A stretch of 64,000 nucleotides of DNA from assembly GCF_001194135.2 (NCBI RefSeq), contig NC_068987.1, forward strand, positions 42,100,020 to 42,164,019, written 5' to 3'. Below are positions 1 to 12,798 of this stretch, piece by piece. This DNA is from Octopus bimaculoides. Taxonomy: Eukaryota. Within the stretch, counting starts at the first letter, position 1, and every line of letters starts with the position of its first letter. The notes under the pieces were generated by a model, which was given only the letters and a program-made list of their open reading frames with translations, was not told where the DNA came from and searched no databases. A program made the position numbers and the translations under genes.

Positions 1-1754
1 CACGAGTCAATAAGCAGCATGGTTCGTGTTCCTATGTCTAATTTTTCAAAATATACCGCGTATTTGCGGCTTACCTAATCGGCAGCAAGAAATTTTTGTG
101 GTATATAGTCTTTTGCTGCTATTTCTAGCGAGTAGATGTCCTATTATAGGCATCTCTGCATTTTAAATGAATAATACATAGTCTATTCACTGTTTTTACT
201 CTCGCTAGACCACTGGTGGTAAATAAAACTTCAAAAATTTTTTTTGCTACCCTATAATTTATTAATATATAGAAATATATATATAAATGGATGTGTGTAT
301 TGTTTACAATTAACACGGAAATAGATAAACTGTAACCAGGGTAGCAGAAAATCACTCAAGTAATAAGGACGTAACACCCTATTTTTAAAGGTAGAAACTC
401 CGGGTTGATGTGAAATATTTTGTATAATATATATAGATTAATAAATGGAGTTAAACGCAGGTGTTATTCAAGTTCTTTCACTTCCAATACATATTTCGTA
501 GACAACATTAGTATTATTCCAAAGGAATAAAATGGTGTAAAACAATGTAGTCTCTTTAGGGAAAGAAAGAAATCAACCAAACTAATCAATGACATTTTAA
601 CAGAATGTGATGGATGTGTATAATGATGAACGGAATGCTATTAAGGTTTTTTAAAAACCGTTAGAGGATATAACGTCAAAGGAAGCCAAAAGAAAGAAAT
701 AAACAGAAAATTCCCCTCCTTGTGCTGCTCTACATCAGCTCCGTACCTGCTGTCACCTTCAATGTCCTTGCATATCTACTGCAACCCCTGCCCCAAAGCC
801 TCTCATATTTCTCTCCATCATTTTCTCGTCACTTCATCCTGCCAACTCACTCAGCTTGAGCCTTTATATCATCTCACCTACTTTCACCACCCCTAATGGG
901 TCTCAAGGGCATGTCAAGACACATCTCTGCCATCATCTCTCTCATTCTCACTCTATCTTGCTCTCCAACTCACTCTTTGCTTTCCATGCATCTACTCTAC
1001 AGCAAAACACCTACATTTGTCCCCTCTATACCTTAAATCTTTCAAATAGCACAAAGTCACACCCTTCAATACTACTCCCACATACCCAGTTGTGGGATTT
1101 TTCTTTTGCATGGTACTTGATGACCCTGTTAGTACATGGTGTCATATACGAAATACTGGTGCTGGTGTCATGTAAAATGCATTGTCGCTGCTTCACTTTC
1201 CTATAATCATGAAGTGACTAATTCATTCTAACTTACATGTAACTCACCTCTTTTATATGTAAATCCTCTCTTTTTCATATCTTATAGTTTCTCCCCTCTT
1301 TGTCCTGTGAAACAATTTAAAGAAAAGATCCACCAAAAGAGCCTTCTTCAGACTTAAGGAGTACATGTAAAGAAATACATGCTTCTAAAACCAACATAAA
1401 GACTTCATTTCATAAGTTTTGATCATGGAGTAGAGAAATTGAAATATGATCATACATACAAGAACAGACCTTGCCAGAAGCTCATTGTAATTAGATCCTT
1501 GAAATTTGACTCTTCCTGTAATAGAATCCTTGTGTTTAGACCTTTCCTCTAATAAGACCCTTACAATTAGATCCTTTCAGTAATTTTCCATGTCTGTCAA
1601 ACATTATTTTATTGAATATACATTTAATTAATTTCTTAATTTGATCGATCAAAAAAGGTTTTACAGTTGTTATTAGTACACTTTTGGCAAGGAAATAAAA
1701 ACAAAAATTTTTTTTAAATAGTGCTGGAAAACAAGAATTTTGAATGAAACTTAC

Positions 1755-1839
1755 TAATTCTTCTTGACGAGTTCTGGAGGTTTTAAGTTCTTCCAGCTCC
1801 TCCATTGCATTATCAAGACTCTGCTTTAACTCTTGTGAC
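1755..1839 (-). CDS. TPR: TPR exon 18 (85 nt): SQELKQSLDNAMEELEELKTSRTRQEEL; gene continues beyond the left edge
   Basis: Phase 2-0, GTAAGT donor. Aligns to TPR [28 protein letters not shown]. No further exon found in 1-1754. Confidence 0.93.
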
Positions 1840-2285
1840 CTTCAAAAGTTATGAAGAAAGCATTTGTCACATAAACTTTAAAATGAGAATGGAGTGTAAC
1901 AATGTGTGGCAATAGCTAACTTTTGGGAATTAAATCTTAAAGAAAGGCACAAAACTAAATTTAGTCCTGATTTACAGATCCAGAAATCTAAAATTTGACC
2001 AGGATTAGACACTTCCACCTCTAAAGTTCTTAACAATAACCCAGGCTAAAACTGAATGATAATGATAAAAAAAAAAACAGTACCAAATGTATTTGTGTAC
2101 AATGTAATCCTGGAAAATATATATCTTTTTTGATATGCACCAACTTTTCTTTACTATTGTAAAGTGTGTGGATTGCAAGGCAGACCATGTTGAAAAATAA
2201 ACCTCATTTGGTTACATTCCATGAGAGTATCTTTGTCGGCCTATGAACTTTTCAATCAACCCCAGCACGTGTGTGTGAGTATACA

Positions 2286-2492
2286 CGAGGGGATGCTGAA
2301 AAGTTCCTGATTTAAAGGGTATCATGAAAGGCCTGGTTGGAGACCCAACCTTCCAAGTTCTTTTACAAGGTTTAGAAAAACTGAAGGAACACTACAATTG
2401 TGAATCTGAGAGGGGAATATGTTGAATAAAATTATAATTAACTGAGCCTCCTTTCTTTTATCCAAAGCCAGGAACTTCTTAGCACCTCTTCG
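2286..2492. mobile_element. Mariner-type MITE (about 207 bp)
   Basis: Terminal inverted repeats CGAGGGGATGCTGAAAAGTTCCTG / CCAGGAACTTCTTAGCACCTCTTCG, with TA at the right end. Confidence 0.7.
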
Positions 2493-4181
2493 TATGTACA
2501 CACACACATATTTTTAATAGTAGTTTGACTCAGCACCACATGGCTTAAAGCTATGTGAGTGCATAGGACATGTCCATCTCATCAGCTGCTAGGAGTAGGT
2601 TTCTGGGAGTTTATACTGCTGTTGGTCAACTTAGGTCACATGATATTGATGTTATCAATGCAACACCAACTGCTTTTTATATTTCTAAACCCACATGTTC
2701 AAGCAGGACGTTGACACCACTTTAGTAGCAAGTTGCAATATAGTGTACAGAGACATCAATTCCTTGTATTGGGTATCAAACATGGTGGAGCGTGATTTTG
2801 GTGTAAGTCATAGCTCAATCATTGATCAGTGGAGTATGACTGCATTGGTGGCAATACTCTTTACATGGAAGTAACCAAATTTGATAGTGTTGAATTACAA
2901 CTGAAGTTTTATAATCAATATAAGTGGGATGTTTACTATATGGGTAGCAGAGACTAAATACCCTTTCCTTGTGTATAGACAGCCAGGCCTAGGATAGTAT
3001 ATCTGGGTTGTCAGCTGCCAGTGGTTCAAGTTCATTAACATGGCAACCTTAACAATAAAGTAATTGGTTTCCCTATTGATGGATACTGTGGGTTGGTGGA
3101 GTATGTGTAGCCTCTTGCATGGAAACAGTTGGCAGTTGCAAGCTCCAAGTGAATAGGGAGAGGCCTTATCGATGATACTACATTTGATGTTGGGGAAGTC
3201 ATTTCAATGTTCACAAGTCTCCAGATGAAGCAGGACAGTGGGGTAAAGTTTTCCTAATCCCTGCAACTGAATGAGTGCATACACTATGTATACCTTCCCT
3301 TAAAGTTGTTGGCTATCATGTCTTCGTAGTGTCTTGTGATGCCATCAGATGGTGTGAGTCTTTGAGAAGCAAGCTCCTTCCAGCATATAGTTGGGTGCTT
3401 TTTTTCATGCCACTAGCACTAATGAGGTCACCAAGTAAATTGCAAGATAGGAATTGAAAAGAAAAATCCCCCGCTCAATTATGGGATGTATTTGACAAAG
3501 GGGAAGTGGCTTTATGCCAGATGTTGAGAGGCTAAAGTATGCTAGAGCAACAAGCACAGATGTCTTGCCATATAAATACATGGCCACCCACATTACTTAA
3601 TGGTGGGTGGGAGTAACTACAAAGAAGATAAAGATGGTGGTGTTGAGGTGTCAGAGATAACAAGGAGTGCAAAAAGGTATATATTTATAGCTTAAATTTC
3701 TGCCCAGATAAAACATAAAACCACATTTTTATTGTTATCTCTTTTATTTTCTGATTACTTCCTACCAGTCATCATTTGTTGTATTTAGGAGGACCTCAAT
3801 TGAAACAACATCCGATATAGCTTACTTCTAAAATTTAAGGCATTATCACTAACATAAAGATTGTGTAGCATTTTTATAGTGATTTAATCTTTTCATTACA
3901 AATCAGTTAAGTTAGACAATAGATATATTTCCAGTCATACTATCCTGAAAATGATAACATACTTACAGGGATGCTGGCCAGCAAACAAGGGATAATATTT
4001 AGTTCTTATGTCTATTAGGTTGCCTTAATTTTTAAGTTAAAAAACAAAAAAAAAAAAAATTGCATATTATGCACAAAAATAACAGTAAAAAAATAACCAG
4101 TAGTAACGTTTTTTTGTAGAGTTAAAGGGTGATGAAAAATGGTCTTATGGGCAGGAAGAAATGATACTAATAAATCTTTAC

Positions 4182-4283
4182 TTTGCATCCGTTGCAGCTT
4201 GTTCTTCTGTTTCACGGTCTTCACTAAGTTTTCTAACCACTTCCAAAAGACGCTGGTTCTGTACTTGCAACTCTTGGACACTT
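4182..4283 (-). CDS. TPR: TPR exon 17 (102 nt): SVQELQVQNQRLLEVVRKLSEDRETEEQAATDA(K)
   Basis: ELQ.QNQRLL is a conserved TPR motif. Phase 2-2. AG/GTAAAG sites. Confidence 0.96.
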
Positions 4284-5371
4284 CTATGGAAAACAGAAAA
4301 TGTTATATGTGTGAATGTGTGTGTGCGTATACACACACAGTTTAGTTAGCAAAATGTAGCAAAATTTTTGGTTGATGGGGATATATAATCCGAGTAGATT
4401 ATAGTGACGGAAACATTATGTAGGTGAAAATAGAAGAACTTAAATGACTGCGTGATAAAAAAATTGGATATTCTCTAGTCTCTGTTTCCCTTAAACTGAT
4501 TCAAGAGAGTTTGTGTGTGTGTGTGCATGCATATGTTCCTTATGCATTTGGAAACTCAGTTGCTGATTTTGACATATGGAGTGTCAAAAGATTCAGTAAA
4601 ATTTTCGGCTACCAAATAAACTTTATTTTCATTTACATATTTCCTACATATCTCAACAACCAGCTATAGTTATTTGACATACACTGCTCTACAGTGACCA
4701 GGTTTCATTAGAAAGTGGAAATACTTTCACACTTTCAATTTCAACCAAAATTACAAAGTGTCATATTATGAGAGTGACAATGTGTGAATAATGAAAGTAA
4801 TAATTCTCAGAATTAGTCATATCTGTTCTATAATAAAGAAAGCTGCTTATCTATCTACCAAAAAAACTATGTTTTTGGCACAACTTTTTTTTACTACTAA
4901 AATAACCTCAGAAATAAGGTCGAGTCACATAATTTTGAGGTCATTTTTGGGCAATATTTTGATTTGCTTCTAATGTCTCATTTTTGTCCAATGTTTCACA
5001 CATGCATAGAATTCTATTCAGACAAACATTTATGAAAATGTACACATAAATATTGTATTCAAATAAGCCACAACCAAAAAAATTTCATTAAAAGACATCC
5101 ATTTCTCTATACATTATGAGGAAATAGTCCCTCACTCACATCCTCACATAAATACAAAATAGATGTATGCATATGTGTTTATGTACATGTATATGAAAGA
5201 TAATGTGTGTGTGTGTATGAGAAAGAGAGAGAGCAAGTGAGTGCCACTTACACATACATACGAATATTTACAATGTCCTTAACATTGGAAACAACGATTT
5301 TACTTAATCATGTTCATAGTTTTTATAAGAAAAATACAAGAGAGAGAGAGAGAAAGCAATTCTTTACTTAC

Positions 5372-5496
5372 TTAAATGTGACCAATCTCTCAGAAATAAG
5401 TTGTGAAGAACTTGTCACCTCAGTAGAAGAAACTTCTTCATTAGCAACAATATGTCCACCTCGTAATTCTTCAACTTCACGCAGCAAAAACTGAAC
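5372..5496 (-). CDS. TPR: TPR exon 16 (125 nt): VQFLLREVEELRGGHIVANEEVSSTEVTSSSQLISERLVTF(K)
   Basis: Matches TPR IRVLLMELEEARGNHV...EEVSS...SSS.VIS..LVSY. Phase 0-2. Confidence 0.96.
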
Positions 5497-6768
5497 CTAT
5501 TTTACAATACAGGATAAAAGGAAAAAGAAAAAAAAAAAATCAAAATACCTTTCTCTTTTCTAACTTATAGAAACAATATGGTAATAATGAAAATGAAGAG
5601 GGCAAAGCTGTTTCATCAGAGTGGGTTAACCTCATGTTAACCCTTTTGATGTCATAGAGATTTCTATCACAAAACTAGAGGCAGTTTCTATGTTATGTTC
5701 CAAACCTCAGTTTGAGACTTACAGGTAGTTGTATTTCATTAGAAATATTTTAACAAAAGATTAACTAAAAGTATATTTCATCCCTTGCTCAATATAAAGT
5801 TAGACTTCAAAATGTGAAAAAAAATTTTTTTGGCTAAACATTTGAGACAGTTATAGACATGCTTTAAAGTGATAGAGTTTCCTCAGTAAAAATGTAGCCT
5901 CGAGTTTAGGTTGTTGAGATAGACAAAAGTAGATTTAATGCATAAAATATTTAAAAAGGCTCGCCTAAGATTAAATAAGTATTGAGTCATACTTGATTTA
6001 TGCATTTTTACCATATCTTAATTGGTGTAATCTTGAAACATCTTTGGATGATATGTGTGTGTGTGTGTGTGTGTGTGTGTACATGTGCAATGGAATTTAT
6101 ATCCATTTTTGTCAAGGGTGAGAGGGGCATAATGTATTCTTTAAATGAATTATTTTCACAGATGCACTTTTATGAATTAGGAGTCAAATAATTTACATCA
6201 TTATGTCAAAATGCCTTCATATGCTCAATAGTCCAACGCTTGAACTGAAACCGGCACACACATACATATATTCACAGATATGTCCATATATCTCTCTATG
6301 CATTCATTATATTCTGCTGAATAGAATTCACAAGAAAACAATTTTTAAAAAAATCAAAGAACAAAAAACAAACTAGAGTAAATAACAATTCAACTAATGA
6401 GATTGGTTCTGAGTATTATCAACATCTTGTTTTGGTTGTAATACCTGCAGTATAGTACATAGATACTCCTTTTGATCTTGTGAGATCTCACTTCCTCATT
6501 TCTCTCTCTTCCATTGTCAATACACAAAATATTCTCACCCAACATTCAATGTCCATCCACATTATATGCCCTACTACAGCAGTTACCTTTCCTAAACAAA
6601 TCAGCTAAAGACTCAAACCTAACATCTAATTTAATGCATTTGTATCACTGCACTTCCTTTAAGCAAATATAATCTCTTAGCCTTCACAGATCTTTCATGT
6701 TCACTGTTTCAATTTACTATTTTGAAGATAGGCCGAAGACCAAACCTGAAGGAGAAAGAAAAACTTAC

Positions 6769-6876
6769 CTGTTGTCCCAAGTCTGTTGATTGTTGTGTCA
6801 GCCTTTTTATTTCTCTCTGAGAATATGTCATACGTCTACGCGTTTCCTCAGTCTCACTACGAAGCTTTTGTCCTTC
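6769..6876 (-). CDS. TPR: TPR exon 15 (108 nt): EGQKLRSETEETRRRMTYSQREIKRLTQQSTDLGQQ
   Basis: ttttcaag acceptor and GTAAGT donor. DLGQQ matches TPR DLSQQ. Confidence 0.93.
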
Positions 6877-7033
6877 CTTGAAAATGAAAAATAAAAATGT
6901 AAATGTCATCCATAAACTATTTTCTACCTTTACCAAGGACTGCCATACTATAATTCTCACAGTAGAAAAATAACAGTTATCAGTAAATCAAAAAAAGTAT
7001 TTGCAAAAATAGATGCTACGGTACATAAATATA

Positions 7034-8288
7034 CAAAGTGCATAAGATATTTGAGGACAGATTTATGTTTATAAAAAAAACAGTTATATATAATAAGATA
7101 ACTTTATTTATCAAAAATTGCTATGAGGATAAAAATAAACCTTTTCTATAATGTTATTCAATAAAGCCACCTTCAGCTTCAACAACTGCTTCTATATGAG
7201 ATCTAAATCATCTACATACTCGAATCAAGTGGTCCTGATTCATTTTGGGCATTACTCTAACTATGGCAACTTTCAAAGAATCTTTGGTGTTATGGGCATG
7301 TTCATTGACCTCTCTTTCAACTACACTCCACATGTAGTAGTCCAATGGATTGAGATCTGGGGAATTAGGAGGCCAAATGTTAGGGGTTATGTGATTATGA
7401 AAATTTTCAGCCACCCATTCCTGTGTTACTACAGCCATGTTTGATCGTGCAGAGTCTTACTGAAACACATATGGCCATCTACTGCATACATTGTCTATCC
7501 AGGGCTTAACAATTATCTCCAGGACCTCACTGTAGGCAGCAGAGTTAACTCTAAGGCCTTCTGAAAAGAAGTAAGGACGCATCACATGTCCTTCATTGCT
7601 GACAACCCCTAAAACCATGACAATTGCAGGAAATTTTGTATGCATAACACTTGGAACTTCAGAAGGGTCTGCACATAAACATCTGTCATTTCTTCTGTTA
7701 ATTTATTTGATCTTAGTCGAAGTTGTTCTCGTTTGAGAAAAATCAAATCAAATCTTCTTCTACTGGATTTTTCAGTTTGTTTAAGAGCCTTTTAGATCTG
7801 ACATAGTGATTTTCTTTTGCTGACAAATTGACCTTTCCTCATCATATAAGACTTATATCTGATGTCTTCGTGGACAACATTTGTGATTGTTCCTTCTGAC
7901 ACATGGAGATCTTTTGCAATTGACCTCATGCACATTCTGGGAATGTAATCAATGGCTTGTTGAACTTGCTGGATAAACTCAGGTGTTCTGATGATTTCAG
8001 AGCGTTTAGAATGCTTTTTATGCTTTGATACTGGTGATACGTTTCCATCTTCAGTCCCTAGCTCCTTACAAACTTTATAAACTAAAGATCTGGCAACTTC
8101 CCAGAATCGAGGTATTTCTAAATCGCTATGCTCAGCCCTTATGACCACAATAACAGCATGCCTCTTCATTTTTTGAGTAAGCTGAGGGTCTGCCATTATT
8201 ATTTTCTGAAACAAAGATTATACAGAGTTAGCAAAAAATGCAGCAATGACCCAAAAAAAGGTATGTCTCAAATACCTTACTCACCCTG
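7034..8288 (-). mobile_element. Decayed Tc1/mariner transposon, DD37D (maT/mori-type)
   Basis: Fragments VFQ*DSAR...WPPNSPDLNPLDY with 37 residues between the 2nd and 3rd catalytic D. N-terminal HTH in ORF 7792-8214. Degenerate TIRs CAGGGTG.. flanked by TA. Confidence 0.88.
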
Positions 8289-8699
8289 TATAAAATAAGT
8301 TATTTTTCATCTAAAGGATACAGCATAAGATTGAGGGTTACTTATTTGTTCTCCTATACAATGTATTTTAGTCATCATACCTCATCACTGCCATTATTTA
8401 ATGTCTACTTTTCCATGCTAACATAAGACTGACGTAATTTATTGGGATAGATTTCTTCTGGGCAGGTGCTCCTCCTGATACTAAGCCTCACCTGTTTCTA
8501 AGCAACGTAATATTTCTGTGGCCTAATGTTTTTCACAAGACTGGAAACAACATCACTTTATGACAGTGATGCTTGTTTACAACATCAAGTTATGCCAAGA
8601 GAACGGTGCACGCAAACATACACACATGTCAGTTTAAGGGGATCCAGTAAATTGTGATGAAAAGCTTGTAAGCATCTAGCATATATAAGGCCTGTACAG

Positions 8700-9560
8700 A
8701 AAACTCAAAGGAAAACATAATCCATTCATCTTCTCAGCCCACTGTTCATGGGAGGGTTGTGTCCTCAGGTACATCATCCATAGGGTCCTATCAGAAGCAA
8801 CCGTCATTACAGTTTCTAATAGGATTCCCAAATGTGACTAACACAGACCATGGATATAATCCAAGCAGCTCGTTCTTGATCCACCTCTAGGTTTCCTGCT
8901 GGTTAGCTCAGCTTGAAGAATCTGTCAGGCAATTCTTACTTCTGACATTCTGATCATGTCGGTAGTACTGGAGCTATGACCTCTCAAATGCAGAGAAGTA
9001 GTAGCTCAACCTGGAGAAACTTCCTGATCTCCAAGCTATACACCCTATCAAGTAATGTTACTCCAGAGATCATTGAGCAGAACCTATTTCAATCACTTGT
9101 ATTCAGAACTGTATTCTTTCAGAGATGACCCAACATTCATAATGATAAGTTAGGATAGGCATGAAAACTAAATTGAAGGGAATTAGTTAATTTCTTTTGC
9201 CAACCTTTCCTCTTCTGAGGATCAAATGCTGGAACTGGTGCATTACTGTACTAGCACCTGCAATTCTAGCATCCAATTCAGCCTCCTGCCTTCTGTCATT
9301 CAGGAATATGGTCCCAAGATATTTAAAATTCTCCTCAACAGTTGTTCCCTCTGAACTTGTATCAGGGTCCTTTGTATCCCATCCCATACCTTCAAGAAGT
9401 TGCAAGCTTACTGCTAGTTGTACCAGTATTTGGTGGAGACTGCAATATATTTATTGAATAGCCCACCCCTCTACTTAAGATTTGAATATGTCTGTCTCTT
9501 GTTAACTTGTGTGACGACAATGTGGTATGGTTGTTCTTTTGAACCACTTCCAATAATTCC
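8700..9560 (-). mobile_element. Decayed RTE/Expander-like LINE 3' fragment
   Basis: ENFKYLGTIF...ELDARIAGAS and LTY..ECW C-terminal RT motifs, with stops. Ends approximate. Confidence 0.65.
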
Positions 9561-9658
9561 TCCAAAAACGACAATATAAAAGGGTTTCAAACATATTTAT
9601 AACAACAAATAACTTACAAACTCCAGTTATTGCAACATTATCATCACTAACAACTTAC

Positions 9659-9856
9659 CAACATAGCAGTATCCAATTTGTGTGTAAGCTGTGTTATAGT
9701 ATGTAAGGCTTGCTCATAATCTTCTCGCTGCTGCCTTAAGATAGGGGCTTTTTCTTCAATTTCTTGCATAATCTGATCCAAGTAACTCTTCAACCTTTTG
9801 TTTTCTTCCTTCTCTAGCTGTAATTCTTCAATGGCTTGAACATATTCATTGTAGAT
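9659..9856 (-). CDS. TPR: TPR exon 14 (198 nt): IYNEYVQAIEELQLEKEENKRLKSYLDQIMQEIEEKAPILRQQREDYEQALHTITQLTHKLDTAML
   Basis: Contains the conserved LEK.EN.R...YLD.I..E.E.KAPIL..QRE.YE motif. AG/GTAAGT sites. Phase 0-0. Confidence 0.97.
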
Positions 9857-10467
9857 CTAACAATGGAATGCAAAAGAAAATATAGTGAAAACCGGTCACA
9901 ACAATCAATTGTCTAAAACAAAATAGGTACACACAACCTTAAGGGGAAGGGCGTGTGTGTGTGCATGCAAGTGTTTGAGTCTATGTTTGTATTGCAATGG
10001 TATCAAACTTGGAACTATGTGGTCATAGAGAAAACTTCTTCACCACACATCCATGAGTATGTTCCAGATTTTAAAATATTTAAAAAAGAAAAAGATCATG
10101 AAAATAATTAAATTTGTTCAAAACTTATTGGTGCAGTATTGAGAAACTCATTTTTCAATTTTGGATGACTTCTCATGCTATAAGGCGTAAAAGATTTTTT
10201 TTTCTTTTTGGTAAACATTGTAAATGTTGTTGCTATTCCTATTTTTATTTTCATTTGTCTTTTGGGAAAGTGAAAATGTTTGCACACAAATTATATTAAA
10301 ATATTTCTTGAACCATGTTAATAATGATAACCACCACTTATTAGTATTCTTCACTATTCCCTTCATAATCATCATTATCACTGCTGTTATAATCCACTCA
10401 AGTTAAACCTGGCATTAACAAAAACAAAATTTTAAAAAACGGCAGAAAGAAAAGAGATGGAAGTTAC

Positions 10468-10565
10468 CTGTGTCAGTGTCATACCAGACTTGAGTAGTTT
10501 ACTCGTTGCTGCAGCTGTAGGCGAAACTGATGCTATACTTTCAGCAGACATTTCTGTACCACACA
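10468..10565 (-). CDS. TPR: TPR exon 13 (98 nt): (L)CGTEMSAESIASVSPTAAATSKLLKSGMTLTQ
   Basis: SPTAAA..K..K.GM.LT is the diagnostic TPR/Mlp motif. AG/GTAACT sites. Confidence 0.97.
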
Positions 10566-11050
10566 CTAGAGATAAATAAACAACAGCAATAAAAATAATG
10601 ATTTCCCCTGTCTGCCACCAGAGTGACAGGTAAAGGAGACAATACAAAGGCAGACATAGGAATGATACGAAGAAAAAATTAAAATAGAACTGTACATGGT
10701 ATACAATATCAACAATAGAAAAGAAGTATATTTAATGCACATTAGTAAAAAAAGAAAAAGAAAAATGACAATGATGCAATCTTTTTGACACAGGAGAGAG
10801 CCTCTATCACCAATCAAAGAAACCCTCATCCAAGATCTTGAACAAAAAGGAGGAGTGTTCTCTCTAATATTGTTCTCTGACTCATAAGTCTACACTTATA
10901 ATGGTGCCATCCACTCTTACCACTTTCATCTACATACACAAACATATAAATATAGTCCACAGATGAGATCCAAATATACTCCATATAGAAGACAGCAGTA
11001 CTCAAAGATTCAAACTAAGACTCCAATGTCTTTACAGGGCATCATATGTA

Positions 11051-11640
11051 TGAGGTCTGCTCAATTACTATCCGGACTGTTGCCATAGTTACAAAGCTGA
11101 AGCACACAGAGTGAATCTGCTTGGCACAGATTGACCTTGAATTCATCTGTGCATGTGCACTAAGTTCAAAGATTCTAGCTCACTTCCGCTGTTTACAGCA
11201 GTGCTTCGAAGGAAGGTATGTAGCATGTGATCATTGCATTGACCATAACAGAGAAAGTTGTCATGGTGATACCTGCTCAGAGGCCTAGGCAAAGTAGCAG
11301 AAAGTGTATGGAGAGGAGTGTACGATCTGCACACAAGTGTACAAATGGTTCAAACATTTCCAAGATGATCGAAAAATTGTCAATATTGACGAACATTCTG
11401 CAACCAGCAGAACCAAGTAAAATATTACAGATGTGCATGCAACTGTGAGAGAAAATTGTCAAATCACTGTTCATTAGTTATCAGATGATGTGCAGACTAG
11501 TTATGGTTCAGTTCAGTCCATTATCACTGAAGATTTGTGTATGAGATGCGTGTCTGCCAAAACTGCTTTCAGCTGACCAAAAAGACACCTAGCTTTCAGT
11601 TGCACAAGATCTCATAGTGTTGGGAACAATGGAAACTTTT
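11051..11640 (+). mobile_element. Mariner transposase 5' fragment
   Basis: TA+TGAGGTCTGCTCAATTACTATCCGGACT TIR-like start. Translates to VYGEECT..QVYKWFKHFQ and VGNNGNFLKT, which lies just before the first catalytic D. Confidence 0.75.
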
Positions 11641-12149
11641 TGAAAACTTTGCATAGGTGTAATAACTTGGCCTGTACTTTTCCAGGTTTATAACCTTAAG
11701 AATATTACTTTTCATGCTCGCATTTTTCCATGTAATCCATGATTTTTCCAGACATTACTGTTATAATCAATAATGTGTCAATTAATAATTTAGGATTTTA
11801 CCTTATAAACTACTGAGTAGGGGGATACATTGGCTGCTATTTTTAGCGTGTTGAGTGACCAGGTAGAGGCTCTTTCACTGGTTTAACTGTGTGATGAGAT
11901 GTTTTTCACATATATGTATAATATGCATATATATCATCAGCAGAAGTTAGAGTAAGTCAAAAGCTGAGAGTATTGGCATTTATCAAACACGAATTTGTCC
12001 ATTGTCACTCTGTAACTTCTAAAATACAAAATTTTGTCGAAAACGTTAAGAGTAAACCCTGTTGTATGCGACACATTCTACCAGTATCAGAAGTTTCAAA
12101 GTATTTAGTTAAAAAGAATTAAATAAATAATCTGTATGTCAAATTGAAT

Positions 12150-12290
12150 AAATCCAAAACGGATAAAAAGCAAAGTTGACCTCAGCGGAATTTGAACTCA
12201 AAATGTAAACACAGGCAAAATACTGCTAAGCAGTTCACCCAAAACGCTAATGTTTCTGCCAACTCAGCGCCATAGGACATAAACACTCAT
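12150..12290 (-). mobile_element. tRNA-derived SINE (degenerate); same family head at 28078-28144 (+)
   Basis: GGCGCTGAGTTGGCAGAA A-box-like start and GAGTTCAAATTCC B-box. Homologous text occurs at 28078-28144. Confidence 0.7.
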
Positions 12291-12798
12291 CTTAGCAATA
12301 TATTCTTTATTCTTATAGCTGAAGCGTTACTTCCTTACTCTCTTACTTACTGACACAAAATCTCATGACATTTCACCCCAGAACTTTTCTTTCACTAACT
12401 TTTGTTCAATGCGACTAGCAACTCTAAATTCCTCATACATTTTTCTATCATTTAAGCCTAAGAAAAGTATACTTTTATTTTAAAATTAAAAAGTTTATGT
12501 TAATTGAAGGTGTATAAGTGCCTTACTGCCCCGCTTAAGGTCGCAGACGTTTTGATGTAACTTTTTTTCTACTGAACCAAATCTCAAACTATTTATGCCA
12601 GAGAGTAGCTGAGGAGGTGTCCTCTTAAAAACTGCGTTGGGAACAATGGAAACTTTTTGAAAACTTTGCATAGGTATAACAACTTGGCCTGTACTTTTCC
12701 AGGTTTATAACCTTAAGAATATTACTTTTCATGCTCGCATTTTTCCATGTAATCCATGATTTTTCCAGGCATTACTGTTATAATTAATAATGTATCAA

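Noticed and set aside
2530-3650. Possibly a very decayed LINE
   Set aside because: Composition suggests TE origin, but I could not read any diagnostic motif.
4139-5494. Plus-strand ORFs overlapping TPR exons (e.g. 5207-5494, 4139-4345), and 16896-17516
   Set aside because: They are antisense shadows of exons or transposases, or low-complexity sequence, with no recognisable domain.
11618-12798. Miniature LTR element (TRIM) bounded by the 163-bp repeats
   Set aside because: No TSD, no PBS, the second repeat starts CG not TG, and the repeat start is mariner coding sequence.
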